Positions 1-9,106 of a DNA stretch of 64,000 nucleotides are shown here, piece by piece. The notes below the pieces were generated by a model. That model saw nothing but the letters and a program-made list of their open reading frames with translations. It was not told where the DNA came from and searched no databases. This stretch comes from Bacteroidota bacterium. Its GTDB lineage: Bacteria > Bacteroidota > Ignavibacteria > UBA10030. The stretch's first letter is position 1; the number at the start of each line of letters is the position of its first letter. The stretch lies in assembly GCA_049523215.1 (NCBI GenBank), contig JBEKNC010000010.1, positions 663-64,662 of the forward strand, given 5' to 3'. The position numbers and the translations under genes are program-made.

Positions 1-41
1 ACAGCTATCCTTTCTTGCTTCTATAAGCATGGGAGAAACAT

Positions 42-671
42 ATGCTCAAGATTGTATCAGCAGAATTTTTACAGGGTGTTGTCGATCTTCGACAACTTCC
101 AAAAAATGAATTATGCGAGATCGTGTACATCGGCCGATCAAATGTTGGCAAATCCTCATTATTAAACAAGATGTGCAACAAGAAAAACCTTGCGCGCACC
201 AGTACTGTTCCTGGAAAGACGCGCGAGATCAACTATTATATTATTAACAACTCGTTTTATTTTGTTGATTTGCCTGGGTACGGTTACGCAAAAGTACCGG
301 AACAAATGCGCGCAGGGTGGAAGAAGTTGATTGAAGACTTCCTGAAACGCGGACAACCGGTTGCTCTAGCGATGCAGCTCATCGATTCACGTCAGGAGCC
401 GACACCGCTCGATCTGATGATGATGGATTGGCTGGAATACTACGAAGTTCCCTATCTGCTTGTTCTCACAAAATCGGATAAACTTCCGTTTAGTAAATTG
501 GGGAAGCAAATTGAGCTCTATAAAGATCATTTTCATAGCCAGTTGACCGAAGGATGCTGCCGTGGTATCGTGCCATTTTCTATTATCAGTGGTGATGGAC
601 GATTGGAACTGCTCAAATTCATCGACTCGCATTTTCAGACATCACCCAAGAAAAAAAAAGAAGCTGTGTAG
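42..671 (+). CDS. yihA: Ribosome biogenesis GTPase YihA/YsxC (EngB)
   Basis: G1 GRSNVGKSS, G3 DLPGYG, G4 TKSDK motifs; 209 aa. Confidence 0.95.
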   Translation: MLKIVSAEFLQGVVDLRQLPKNELCEIVYIGRSNVGKSSLLNKMCNKKNLARTSTVPGKTREINYYIINNSFYFVDLPGYGYAKVPEQMRAGWKKLIEDFLKRGQPVALAMQLIDSRQEPTPLDLMMMDWLEYYEVPYLLVLTKSDKLPFSKLGKQIELYKDHFHSQLTEGCCRGIVPFSIISGDGRLELLKFIDSHFQTSPKKKKEAV

Positions 672-694
672 AATTTTACGACACTCCATTTCTT

Positions 695-734
695 AACGAC
701 CTCGCGTAGACATACTCGAGGTCGTTTTGTTTTT
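695..734 (+). terminator. Intrinsic terminator after yihA
   Basis: Stem AACGACCTCG / CGAGGTCGTT followed by T-rich tail. Confidence 0.75.
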
Positions 735-904
735 ACCCTTATTTGTTAGTTTATCAACCCTCTTTGCCTGCTTAAGCAGTCGCCTTGCTTCTATAAAACT
801 TCACCAGATTGAGATAAGTTGAGGTAAAACAGAAATAAGGAAGAACGATAAACTTCAGTTCCTGTCAATTTCTTGAAGCTTCTGAATATTTTCTCAAAAA
901 GGAC

Positions 905-933
905 TTGACAAACAAGGCAACAAAATATATATT
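905..933 (+). promoter_or_regulatory. sigma70-type promoter for susC-susD
   Basis: TTGACA-N17-TATATT. Confidence 0.8.
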
Positions 934-1125
934 CTTGCAAACGAAAAGTCGCACATACTCAAGAAGGAGGTGACGCGCTTCCTTGTAGAGATTGGCGTTA
1001 CAAGGATATAGTAATTAGCTACTCTGCTTCTATTTTCTTCATACCCGATATAGTTTGTCTTTTCATCGGGCAGTAAAACTCCTTAAACCTTAAATCACAC
1101 TATCCACAAAGAAGGAGGTTTTTGT

Positions 1126-4100
1126 ATGAAACAAAGATACTGGTTTTGTTTACTCCTGTTATTACTTATTCCGGGAGTACTCTTTGCTCAGTCCGGCAAG
1201 ATTCGCGGAACGATTGTTGACCAAATAACAACGGATCCGCTGATCGGTGCAAATATCACTCTCGAAGGGACAAACCTAGGTGCAGCAACGGATGTTGATG
1301 GATCGTACGTTATCGCTCAAGTCCCAGTAGGTTCTTATATGTTGGTAGCACGCTTTATCGGCTATGAACAATTTCGACAATTAGTGACTGTCTCAGATAG
1401 CGAAGTACAAGTGATTGATATTAAACTCAAAGCGAGCTCTGTTTTGGTTAGCCCTGTAGTCGTAACGGCGATTGGAACAAAAGCGCTACGTGAACAAATG
1501 GGTACTGCAGTATCAAGCATTGATGCCAAAGAGATAGAGACGGCAGGTGCACATGATTTGATCTCAAATCTTGCTGCAAAAGCACCTGGAATAAATACTG
1601 TTGAATCGACTGGTGATCCGGGTGCATCTACAAGAATTGTTTTACGCGGTGCTCACTCATTAATGGGTGATAATCAACCCTTGATCGTTATTGATGGAGT
1701 TCCGGTGCTTACAACAACGTGGAGTACAAACGCAGGAATAGCAAATAGTGTCGCTAATGTTGCGGCGATTTCCCGTATTGATGACATCAATCCAGAGGAT
1801 GTTCAATCAGTTGAGGTCTACAGTGGTCCGTCTGCTGCTTCGTTGTGGGGATCAAAAGCAGCAAGCGGCGTTATTTCTATTACTACGAAAAATGGTACCG
1901 CAAGCGGAATAACGGCAAACAGAAAACTTAACATTTCTGTTCATTCGACAATGTATAGTGATGAACTATCAAGAGAGCTACCATTACAAACAATGTTCGG
2001 TGAGGGATTGAATGGAGCATACGTAGCAGGTCAACCACGAAGCTGGGGTGATCCGATTTGGATGAGATCTGGTGCAGCCGATGTCTTAACAGATCCCAAT
2101 AATCCATATTCAGCGGTGGTAACGAAAAACTCCAAACAAACGTATGATCACGCAACGGAACTTTTCAGATCACCGTTGAGTTGGGATAATGGAGTAACTC
2201 TCCAGGGTGGAGATGCATCGGGTGATTTTCTCCTCGATATCAGTAATTTGGATCAGCGAGGAATTATTAAGGTGAATTCAGATTACATTCGCAATTCTAT
2301 CCGTGGAAATGCAGCGCGGAGATTTTCAGAAGACATAACCGTACGAATTAATGCAAACTACATAAAAACAACCTCTAACCGGATACAACAAGGAAGTAAC
2401 GTCTCTGGTTTAGCGCTTGGCGGCTACCGTACGCCTCCCGACTTTAATAATGATCCATATTTAATCAACTTTGTGGATCCGGTTACTGGAGCAGTAACGC
2501 CAGGCGTACAACGGGCATTCCGTAATCCAACAGGAGATCCAACTAGCTCACCTGGATTCGATAATCCTTTATATGTGATTAATAAAATTCCAACAACATT
2601 TGATGTTGACCGTTTCTTGGGCAATATTGATCTTTCCTATGACCCTCTGAAATGGCTCAATGTTTCTTATCTTGTGGGTGCAGACTATTATAATGAGTTG
2701 CGAAGCACAGTGTTTCCTGTAGGAGATGCGGCATACCCGACAGGGTATCTAACAAGGGAAATGCTTTCAGAATATATGGTAAACACTGATTTGAGATTGA
2801 AAGCAACGCAGAAAGTTACAGACGATATCGAGGGATCACTCCTTCTCGGTGTTCACGTTGATCATGCATCGCAGAACGAAACATTTTTACCGGGATCAGA
2901 CTTCGTCCTTCCCGATGCTCCTGCATATATTAAAAATGCGCTCAATTATTTGCCAGATGAATATCGACAAATTGTCCGTACGGCTGCAATTTATGGAGAA
3001 GCCAACATCAATATGTTTGAACAGTTATTTATTCATCTTTCTGGGCGTGATGAAAGTGCCTCAACATATGGCGCAAACGCCGATAAGACCTATTTCTATC
3101 CAGCGGCAAGTATTGCGTGGCAGTTTACAAAATTAGACGCTTTGAAGGATAATGACATCCTTAGTTATGGCAAAGTAAGATTGGCGTATGGAGTTGCAGC
3201 CGTTCAACCTCTGTCTTATACATCAAAGACATACTATTATGATGCACAATTAGGTAATGGATGGCAGAGTGGAAACTATAATCTGGATGGCGTCAATTAT
3301 GGCGGAGCTGCAACGCGCGGGTTAACGCTTGGTAATGCAAACCTGAAGCCGGAGCAAACCGTTGAAACAGAAGGTGGAGTTGATCTACGATTCCTTAATG
3401 ATCGTCTCGGTCTCAATATTACTCAATACTCTAACAAATCGACTGATGTAATTCTACCGATAACACTTCCACCCAGCTCTGGTTATATAGCGATGTATGT
3501 GAATGGTGCATCCATGAAGAATACCGGCACTGAAGTCCAATTGATAGCAGACTGGCTCCGTCTTGGAGAATTTTCATGGTCAACAACAGTTAACTGGTCA
3601 AAGAATAAAAATGAAGTGACTGCCCTTTATCCAGGGGTTCAACGCATCGATTTTACAGGTTTCACAGGAACCCTTTCAAGTGCACTCGTTGGTCAGCCGA
3701 TCGGGGTTCTCTTTGGTACCAGATGGGAAAGAGATGCAAACGGGAAGATGACTTTGGATTCCCATGGATTTCCTATACTCGCATCAGATCCGGGAGTTAT
3801 TGGCAATCCGAATCCTGACTGGCGTTCAGGTATAACGAACACCCTGAAATATCAGCGCCTTACATTGAATGTTGTAATTGACATTAAAAAAGGCGGCCAG
3901 GTGTGGAATGGAACAAAGGGTGCATTAATGTCCTATGGTGTTGATGGAAGCGAGACATGGTGGACAACCATCAGTGCTTCGGATGCTGCTTCGTTATATA
4001 CTTATAGTGGACAACATCCAACTCAATTCACAAACAAGCGGTTTATTCATAATGCAGACGGTACATATTCGTTCCGGGGTTATATAACGAATTTCGGCGG

Positions 4101-4419
4101 TGGTCCTGTTATCGTTGATCAAGGATGGTTCCAAGCCGGACTTGGGAATGGATTTAATGGCCCCGCAGAGCAGTTTGTTGAAAATGGAGGTTTTGTACGG
4201 CTTCGTGAAGTTACACTCTCATATACATTCCCGCTCAACTTTGTTGGAATGAAAAGTGCGACACTTAGTCTTACAGGCCGGAATCTTAAGCTATGGACAG
4301 ATTACTCCGGTGTAGATCCTGAAACAAACTTAACTGGTCCAACAAATGGACAAGGATTGGATTATTTCAATAATCCAACAACAAAAACATATATTGTTTC
4401 ACTTCGGATGGAATATTAA
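1126..4419 (+). CDS. susC: SusC/RagA family TonB-dependent outer membrane receptor
   Basis: Signal peptide, carboxypeptidase-regulatory-like N domain, plug (QPLIVIDGVP, DINPEDVQS, GVISITTK), C-terminal aromatic residue; SD AAGGAGG. Confidence 0.93.
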   Translation: MKQRYWFCLLLLLLIPGVLFAQSGKIRGTIVDQITTDPLIGANITLEGTNLGAATDVDGSYVIAQVPVGSYMLVARFIGYEQFRQLVTVSDSEVQVIDIKLKASSVLVSPVVVTAIGTKALREQMGTAVSSIDAKEIETAGAHDLISNLAAKAPGINTVESTGDPGASTRIVLRGAHSLMGDNQPLIVIDGVPVLTTTWSTNAGIANSVANVAAISRIDDINPEDVQSVEVYSGPSAASLWGSKAASGVISITTKNGTASGITANRKLNISVHSTMYSDELSRELPLQTMFGEGLNGAYVAGQPRSWGDPIWMRSGAADVLTDPNNPYSAVVTKNSKQTYDHATELFRSPLSWDNGVTLQGGDASGDFLLDISNLDQRGIIKVNSDYIRNSIRGNAARRFSEDITVRINANYIKTTSNRIQQGSNVSGLALGGYRTPPDFNNDPYLINFVDPVTGAVTPGVQRAFRNPTGDPTSSPGFDNPLYVINKIPTTFDVDRFLGNIDLSYDPLKWLNVSYLVGADYYNELRSTVFPVGDAAYPTGYLTREMLSEYMVNTDLRLKATQKVTDDIEGSLLLGVHVDHASQNETFLPGSDFVLPDAPAYIKNALNYLPDEYRQIVRTAAIYGEANINMFEQLFIHLSGRDESASTYGANADKTYFYPAASIAWQFTKLDALKDNDILSYGKVRLAYGVAAVQPLSYTSKTYYYDAQLGNGWQSGNYNLDGVNYGGAATRGLTLGNANLKPEQTVETEGGVDLRFLNDRLGLNITQYSNKSTDVILPITLPPSSGYIAMYVNGASMKNTGTEVQLIADWLRLGEFSWSTTVNWSKNKNEVTALYPGVQRIDFTGFTGTLSSALVGQPIGVLFGTRWERDANGKMTLDSHGFPILASDPGVIGNPNPDWRSGITNTLKYQRLTLNVVIDIKKGGQVWNGTKGALMSYGVDGSETWWTTISASDAASLYTYSGQHPTQFTNKRFIHNADGTYSFRGYITNFGGGPVIVDQGWFQAGLGNGFNGPAEQFVENGGFVRLREVTLSYTFPLNFVGMKSATLSLTGRNLKLWTDYSGVDPETNLTGPTNGQGLDYFNNPTTKTYIVSLRMEY

Positions 4420-4432
4420 GAGGAGCACGATC

Positions 4433-5830
4433 ATGAGAAAAACATCCATTTTTATTACGCTTGTATTATTGATCGTTGCATTGGTCGGTTGTGAAAAATT
4501 TACCAACGGATATGATACGAACCCTCTTCGACCGAGCGATGCAGATCCCCTATCGATTTTCATTGGCGCAGAGTTAGGGTATACGTTATTTACAGAGGGT
4601 TTCCCGTCACAGATTGGAAGTATTTGGACACAACAAATCGCTGGTGCAGATAGACAGTTTACAGGGTATCAGACTTATACTTCTACTACTTCTTACGATT
4701 TTGCCAACGATTGGATTCTTGCATATTCAGACGCATTATCTAATTTGAAGATTGTAGAAAGTAAAAGTGCTGGAATGCCTAATCTCCGTGGTGCCGCAAG
4801 AATCCTAGAAGGGATACATATGGGAACGATGACGGCGCTCTGGGGAGATGTTCCATACTCTGAGGCAAACAACCCTGCAATTACAGCACCACATTATGAT
4901 GCGCAACTGTCAGTCTATACTGCTGTGCAAACAGTTTTAAGTGCTGGTATCACAGATTTGACCAATGCAGCGAATATTGCAAGAGATATATCATCTTATG
5001 GTGGTAATGTCTCCCTCTGGGCAAAAGCTGGCCACTCGGCCAAAGCGCGATATCTTATGCATGTAGCGAGGCATAATAGTTATGCGGCTGCTGATTTAAA
5101 TGCAGTTATTACAGAAGCACAACTAGGCATTCTTGCTACAAGTGGGGCAGAGGATTTAATGCTCACCCACGGAACTGTCCAAGGTGGGAATCAAAACATC
5201 TGGTATTCATTCTTTGTGCAAGACCGTACGGGTTATATGGATGCAAGTAGCACGTTTGTTATACCGATGATGATAGCCCGTTCTCTTGATGGTAAGAGCA
5301 ATGAAAAGGGAAGACTGAATTTTTATTTCGATACAACATCCTCACCCTTTGGTATCAATACTACTACTGGTGCCTATACAATAGATGCAAATTATCCGAT
5401 AATACGCGCATCGGAAACTCATTTGCTGTTGGCAGAGGCCTATGCTCGTCTTGGTACTACAGCCAGTGCGCTTACAGAGCTGAACAACGCACGACAATAT
5501 GCTAATACCGTCTTCGGAAATACATCTGCGGATTTTGTAGCAGGTGACCTTGCAACGCCGGCTGCATTGCTCCAAACAATTTTGAATGAAGAGTACCTCG
5601 CGCTCATGCACCAACTTGAGGCATTCAATTTTGTGCGACGAGTAAATTACGCCATTTCCTATACAGACACCACTGGTGGAACAACACATACAGTCACAAT
5701 GGCACCAACACATGGAACTGCGTTTCCTCAGCGATTCTTCTATTCCTCAGATGAAATAAACGCGAATGTGAACACGCCGCCGCAAACGGCCAATGATCTG
5801 TATGTAAAAACTACAGTCAATACACCTTAA
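4433..5830 (+). CDS. susD: SusD/RagB family nutrient-binding lipoprotein
   Basis: Lipobox LVGC, LWGDVPYSEA and FPQRFFY motifs, directly after susC; start set at ATG 4433 behind SD AGGAG. Confidence 0.9.
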   Translation: MRKTSIFITLVLLIVALVGCEKFTNGYDTNPLRPSDADPLSIFIGAELGYTLFTEGFPSQIGSIWTQQIAGADRQFTGYQTYTSTTSYDFANDWILAYSDALSNLKIVESKSAGMPNLRGAARILEGIHMGTMTALWGDVPYSEANNPAITAPHYDAQLSVYTAVQTVLSAGITDLTNAANIARDISSYGGNVSLWAKAGHSAKARYLMHVARHNSYAAADLNAVITEAQLGILATSGAEDLMLTHGTVQGGNQNIWYSFFVQDRTGYMDASSTFVIPMMIARSLDGKSNEKGRLNFYFDTTSSPFGINTTTGAYTIDANYPIIRASETHLLLAEAYARLGTTASALTELNNARQYANTVFGNTSADFVAGDLATPAALLQTILNEEYLALMHQLEAFNFVRRVNYAISYTDTTGGTTHTVTMAPTHGTAFPQRFFYSSDEINANVNTPPQTANDLYVKTTVNTP

Positions 5831-5864
5831 CACGAAATTGTGTTGGAGCATTTTTGAATCACTC

Positions 5865-5897
5865 AAAGCCCCGTTTTTTCACGGGGCTTTTAATTTT
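5865..5897 (+). terminator. Intrinsic terminator after susD
   Basis: AAAGCCCCGT / ACGGGGCTTT stem plus T tail. Confidence 0.8.
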
Positions 5898-5921
5898 AAT
5901 CCGTTTTTTCCAAATGACAAA

Positions 5922-7298
5922 ATGAAGAATCGTATAATTATTACTTTCTGTGTTATTCAACTTTTCATTCTATATTCCGAGGCCTATTCTCAAAACATTC
6001 GAGTGAACGACCGGTTTACAATAAATGTTGCATGTAATCGGTTTTGGCAAAGTGATTCAACTTCGTTTTTAGAAATTGCAACTGCTTTTTATCCAAATCA
6101 AGTGATGCTGACAAAAGATTCTATTGGCTATCATGGGAACATTGAGCTGAGAATTACAATCCAAAAGAAATCAAGTGGAACACTTATTCATGCTGATCGG
6201 TATATTATCCCAGTTCGTATCCTCGATACAGCCTCTGTACTTATGACTAAATCAATTGTAAGTAAGATTATCTACCAATTAGAACTTGGTTCATATTCGA
6301 TTGCTGTGCATGGGTTTAATAGTTCAAATAGGTCACGTTGTGATAGTTCCCTCTTTATTGTGAATATTGAAAAAAGGCCGAGTACAATCGCTCTGAGTGA
6401 TATTGAATTATCCACAAGTATTTCTGAATCTTCAGATCGAAAAGATCCTTTTTATAAAAATTCTTACCGTGTCATTCCCAATCCAAGTCTTGTTTTTAGT
6501 TCGATTGAATCACCTACTATATTCTCTTATGCTGAACTGTATAATCTACAAAAAGGGTTGGTATATTTGATAAAAGTACAAGTAGTCGATTCAAAGGGCA
6601 GAATCCTAAAACATCGAACTCGAGCACGTCAATTTTCAATAACCGATGCAGTCGATATCACAACACTCAATATCACTTCTCTAAGTTCTGGAAAATATAA
6701 ATACCAGTATAGTATTTCTGATACGATAGGCAATGGGGTCGCTCAAAGCGAAAAAGTGATATATATATATAACCCTCAAGTGAAACAAATATCTGTTGCA
6801 TCAACTTCTGCAAAAAGTGCTGAATTTGCCGGAATGACAGATGATGAATTAACTGATGAAATGAAGAAGATTCAATACATCGCAACGAATGAAGACATCA
6901 AGATGTGTGCTAAGTTGACGGCGGTAGAGGCACGACGCGACTTCCTATCAAAATTCTGGACAGAGGTTGAAAGTGGCAACAGAAATGGAAGCGACTTGAC
7001 ACGGGCGATTTATCTCCAACGCATTATTTTGGCAAATGAGCGTTATCGAGTGATGGGCAAAGAGGGATGGAAAACCGATCGCGGTCGGATATATATATTG
7101 TACGCTGAGCCGGACGAAGTTCAACGTTTCCCAAACTCAGATAATGCCAAACCCTACGAGATATGGAATTATAATCAGATTGAAAGCGGCGTCATTTTTG
7201 TCTTTGTTGATCGAACAGGATTTGGAGATTATACCCTTGTTCATTCCACAAAACGCGGTGAAATTCAGGATGAAGAATGGCAGCGAAACCTGCAATAA
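5922..7298 (+). CDS. GWxTD domain-containing exported protein
   Basis: GWKTDRGRIYILYAEPDEV motif; signal peptide from ATG 5922. Confidence 0.85.
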   Translation: MKNRIIITFCVIQLFILYSEAYSQNIRVNDRFTINVACNRFWQSDSTSFLEIATAFYPNQVMLTKDSIGYHGNIELRITIQKKSSGTLIHADRYIIPVRILDTASVLMTKSIVSKIIYQLELGSYSIAVHGFNSSNRSRCDSSLFIVNIEKRPSTIALSDIELSTSISESSDRKDPFYKNSYRVIPNPSLVFSSIESPTIFSYAELYNLQKGLVYLIKVQVVDSKGRILKHRTRARQFSITDAVDITTLNITSLSSGKYKYQYSISDTIGNGVAQSEKVIYIYNPQVKQISVASTSAKSAEFAGMTDDELTDEMKKIQYIATNEDIKMCAKLTAVEARRDFLSKFWTEVESGNRNGSDLTRAIYLQRIILANERYRVMGKEGWKTDRGRIYILYAEPDEVQRFPNSDNAKPYEIWNYNQIESGVIFVFVDRTGFGDYTLVHSTKRGEIQDEEWQRNLQ

Positions 7299-8149
7299 TA
7301 CTCTCTTTGTGTGCCTGGACTGTATCAGTTTGTGCTCAGTCGGTAGACTCTATACCGGTTGAAGAATTTTCTGTCGGTTCATTTGAACGGGCAACACGTA
7401 TATTCGCGGGGACGCAAGGGGCGATCTATGTTCTTGATGCCGATCAGAATAAAATATTTGTCTTTACGGATATCACACAACCACCGAAGAGCATTGGAGG
7501 ATTCGGATGGTCGGCAGGGTCATTCGATAAGCCGACAGGTATAGCAACAGACGGCATCAATATATACGTGTCTGATTATGGCAATCACCGCATCCAGCGA
7601 TTCGACCGGAATCTCAATTATCTATCTTCGTTCTCAACGCGGGATACTTCCGATGCTGTCTCGAGGTTTGGATATCCTCTTGATGTTGCCCTGTCTGAAC
7701 TGGGAGATTTATTTATCCTCGACGGAGAAAATTTACGCGTTCTCAAGTTCAATCCGCAAAATTTCTTTGAGCGTTCTTTTGGCGATATCAACGCCGGAAA
7801 AGGGAAGCTCAAGAATCCGATCAAACTTGTTGTTACGACATCGCGAATTCTTATAGGCGAACAGACACGGATTGTTGTTTTTGATTATTTTGGAAATTAT
7901 CTCAGCAGTATTGGAGACGGTATTGTGTCAGGGCTTACCGGTTTCGCAATGTCAGACAATGTTCTTTTCTTGGCATCACCTGATACCTTGTGGCAGTTTT
8001 CTCAGGAAGGTGTTTTTCAAAAATTGATTCCACGCAGTCATTTGGTAACCGGAGAACACATTGAACGAATTCAAGATGTTGCATGCTCCGGACGGCGATT
8101 GTTTATTCTCTCGCCGCAGAGACTTCATATTTTTAAGATAGGCGATTAA
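7277..8149 (+). CDS. NHL-repeat beta-propeller protein
   Basis: Repeated FDKPTGIA..IYVSDYGNHRIQRFD and YPLDVA..LFILDGENLRVLKF. Confidence 0.85.
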   Translation: MAAKPAIILSLCAWTVSVCAQSVDSIPVEEFSVGSFERATRIFAGTQGAIYVLDADQNKIFVFTDITQPPKSIGGFGWSAGSFDKPTGIATDGINIYVSDYGNHRIQRFDRNLNYLSSFSTRDTSDAVSRFGYPLDVALSELGDLFILDGENLRVLKFNPQNFFERSFGDINAGKGKLKNPIKLVVTTSRILIGEQTRIVVFDYFGNYLSSIGDGIVSGLTGFAMSDNVLFLASPDTLWQFSQEGVFQKLIPRSHLVTGEHIERIQDVACSGRRLFILSPQRLHIFKIGD

Positions 8150-8166
8150 TTCACCGGATTCATTTC

Positions 8167-8195
8167 TTGACATTCGTTCCGAATTATCCTAATTT
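8167..8195 (+). promoter_or_regulatory. Putative promoter for ssb
   Basis: TTGACA-N17-TAATTT. Confidence 0.55.
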
Positions 8196-8245
8196 TATTC
8201 GGTATTCATTGAAGTATTGCCGTTCACTTTAAGGAGGGAATTCAC

Positions 8246-8686
8246 ATGGCATCAAGAAGCATCAACAAAATTATTCTCATAGGAAACCTTGGACAGGATC
8301 CTGAACTGCGGTACACCAGTAGCGGCGTCGCGGTTGCATCGTTTTCGATGGCGACCAGTGAGTCTTGGAAAGATCAGGATGGCAATGTTCAAGAAAAAAC
8401 TCAATGGCATAAGCTTGTTGCATGGAGAAAGCTTGCTGAAATTGTAGGAGAATATTTGAAGAAAGGCAGCAAGGTGTATGTCGAAGGACGCATTCAATAT
8501 CGCAGTTATGACGATAAAAACGGCGTTAAGAGGGATATTACAGAAATCGTTGTCGATCAGATGCTGATGTTGGATTCCAAAGGTGCCAGCCATGCAAACG
8601 GTTCCTCAGCCGGCTCAGTCGCGCCATCGTTGCAACAACCGGTTGAAGAATCAGGACCGGATAAAGTCGATGATCTGCCGTTTTAA
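8246..8686 (+). CDS. ssb: Single-stranded DNA-binding protein
   Basis: [19 protein letters not shown]-fold start, C-terminal DDLPF. Confidence 0.97.
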   Translation: MASRSINKIILIGNLGQDPELRYTSSGVAVASFSMATSESWKDQDGNVQEKTQWHKLVAWRKLAEIVGEYLKKGSKVYVEGRIQYRSYDDKNGVKRDITEIVVDQMLMLDSKGASHANGSSAGSVAPSLQQPVEESGPDKVDDLPF

Positions 8687-8770
8687 GTTTTCTAGTTGTT
8701 GTAATCGTTGCTTTTTCATTTCTTGTTTATTAAGTTGGTATTATTGTCAATGTTCTTTTTAATTCCAATT

Positions 8771-8977
8771 CTGGTGTCCCGATGCACATCGTGTATCGGG
8801 ATGAAAAGGGAATTTCGTAAACCCCGCCGTTGGCGGGATAATGCGAAAGCTGCCCCGCAACTGTAATTCCGATTTTGCTTAACGCAGAATTGTATCTTCA
8901 ATGGTGAAAGTCACTGTAGCGCCCAAGGTGCCATGGGAAGACGAATTGAAGATCGGAAGAGCCAGGAGACCTGCCAG
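8771..8977 (+). ncRNA. Cobalamin (B12) riboswitch
   Basis: Hallmarks AGGGAA, GCCCCGCAACTGTAA, GTCACTG, GGGAAG, AGCCAGGAGACCTGCC upstream of a TonB receptor. Confidence 0.93.
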
Positions 8978-9040
8978 AACTATGTGCCTCATGAACCTTC
9001 GAGGGAAGGTGGTTCACGCACGTCTTCTTTGATGAGTGTG

Positions 9041-9076
9041 AAGCCCCAATCTTTGATGAAGGTTGGGGCTTTTTTT
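9041..9076 (+). terminator. Riboswitch expression-platform terminator
   Basis: AAGCCCCAA / TTGGGGCTT stem plus T run between aptamer and btuB start. Confidence 0.8.
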
Positions 9077-9106
9077 ATTCACATTCATTCAAAGGAGGAA
9101 GTACCG

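Noticed and set aside
8933-9106. N-terminal extension of btuB in the ORF track
   Set aside because: Runs through the riboswitch and terminator; the SD and signal peptide indicate ATG 9107. Similar over-extensions were trimmed for susD, GWxTD, gdhA1, purF, maf and others.
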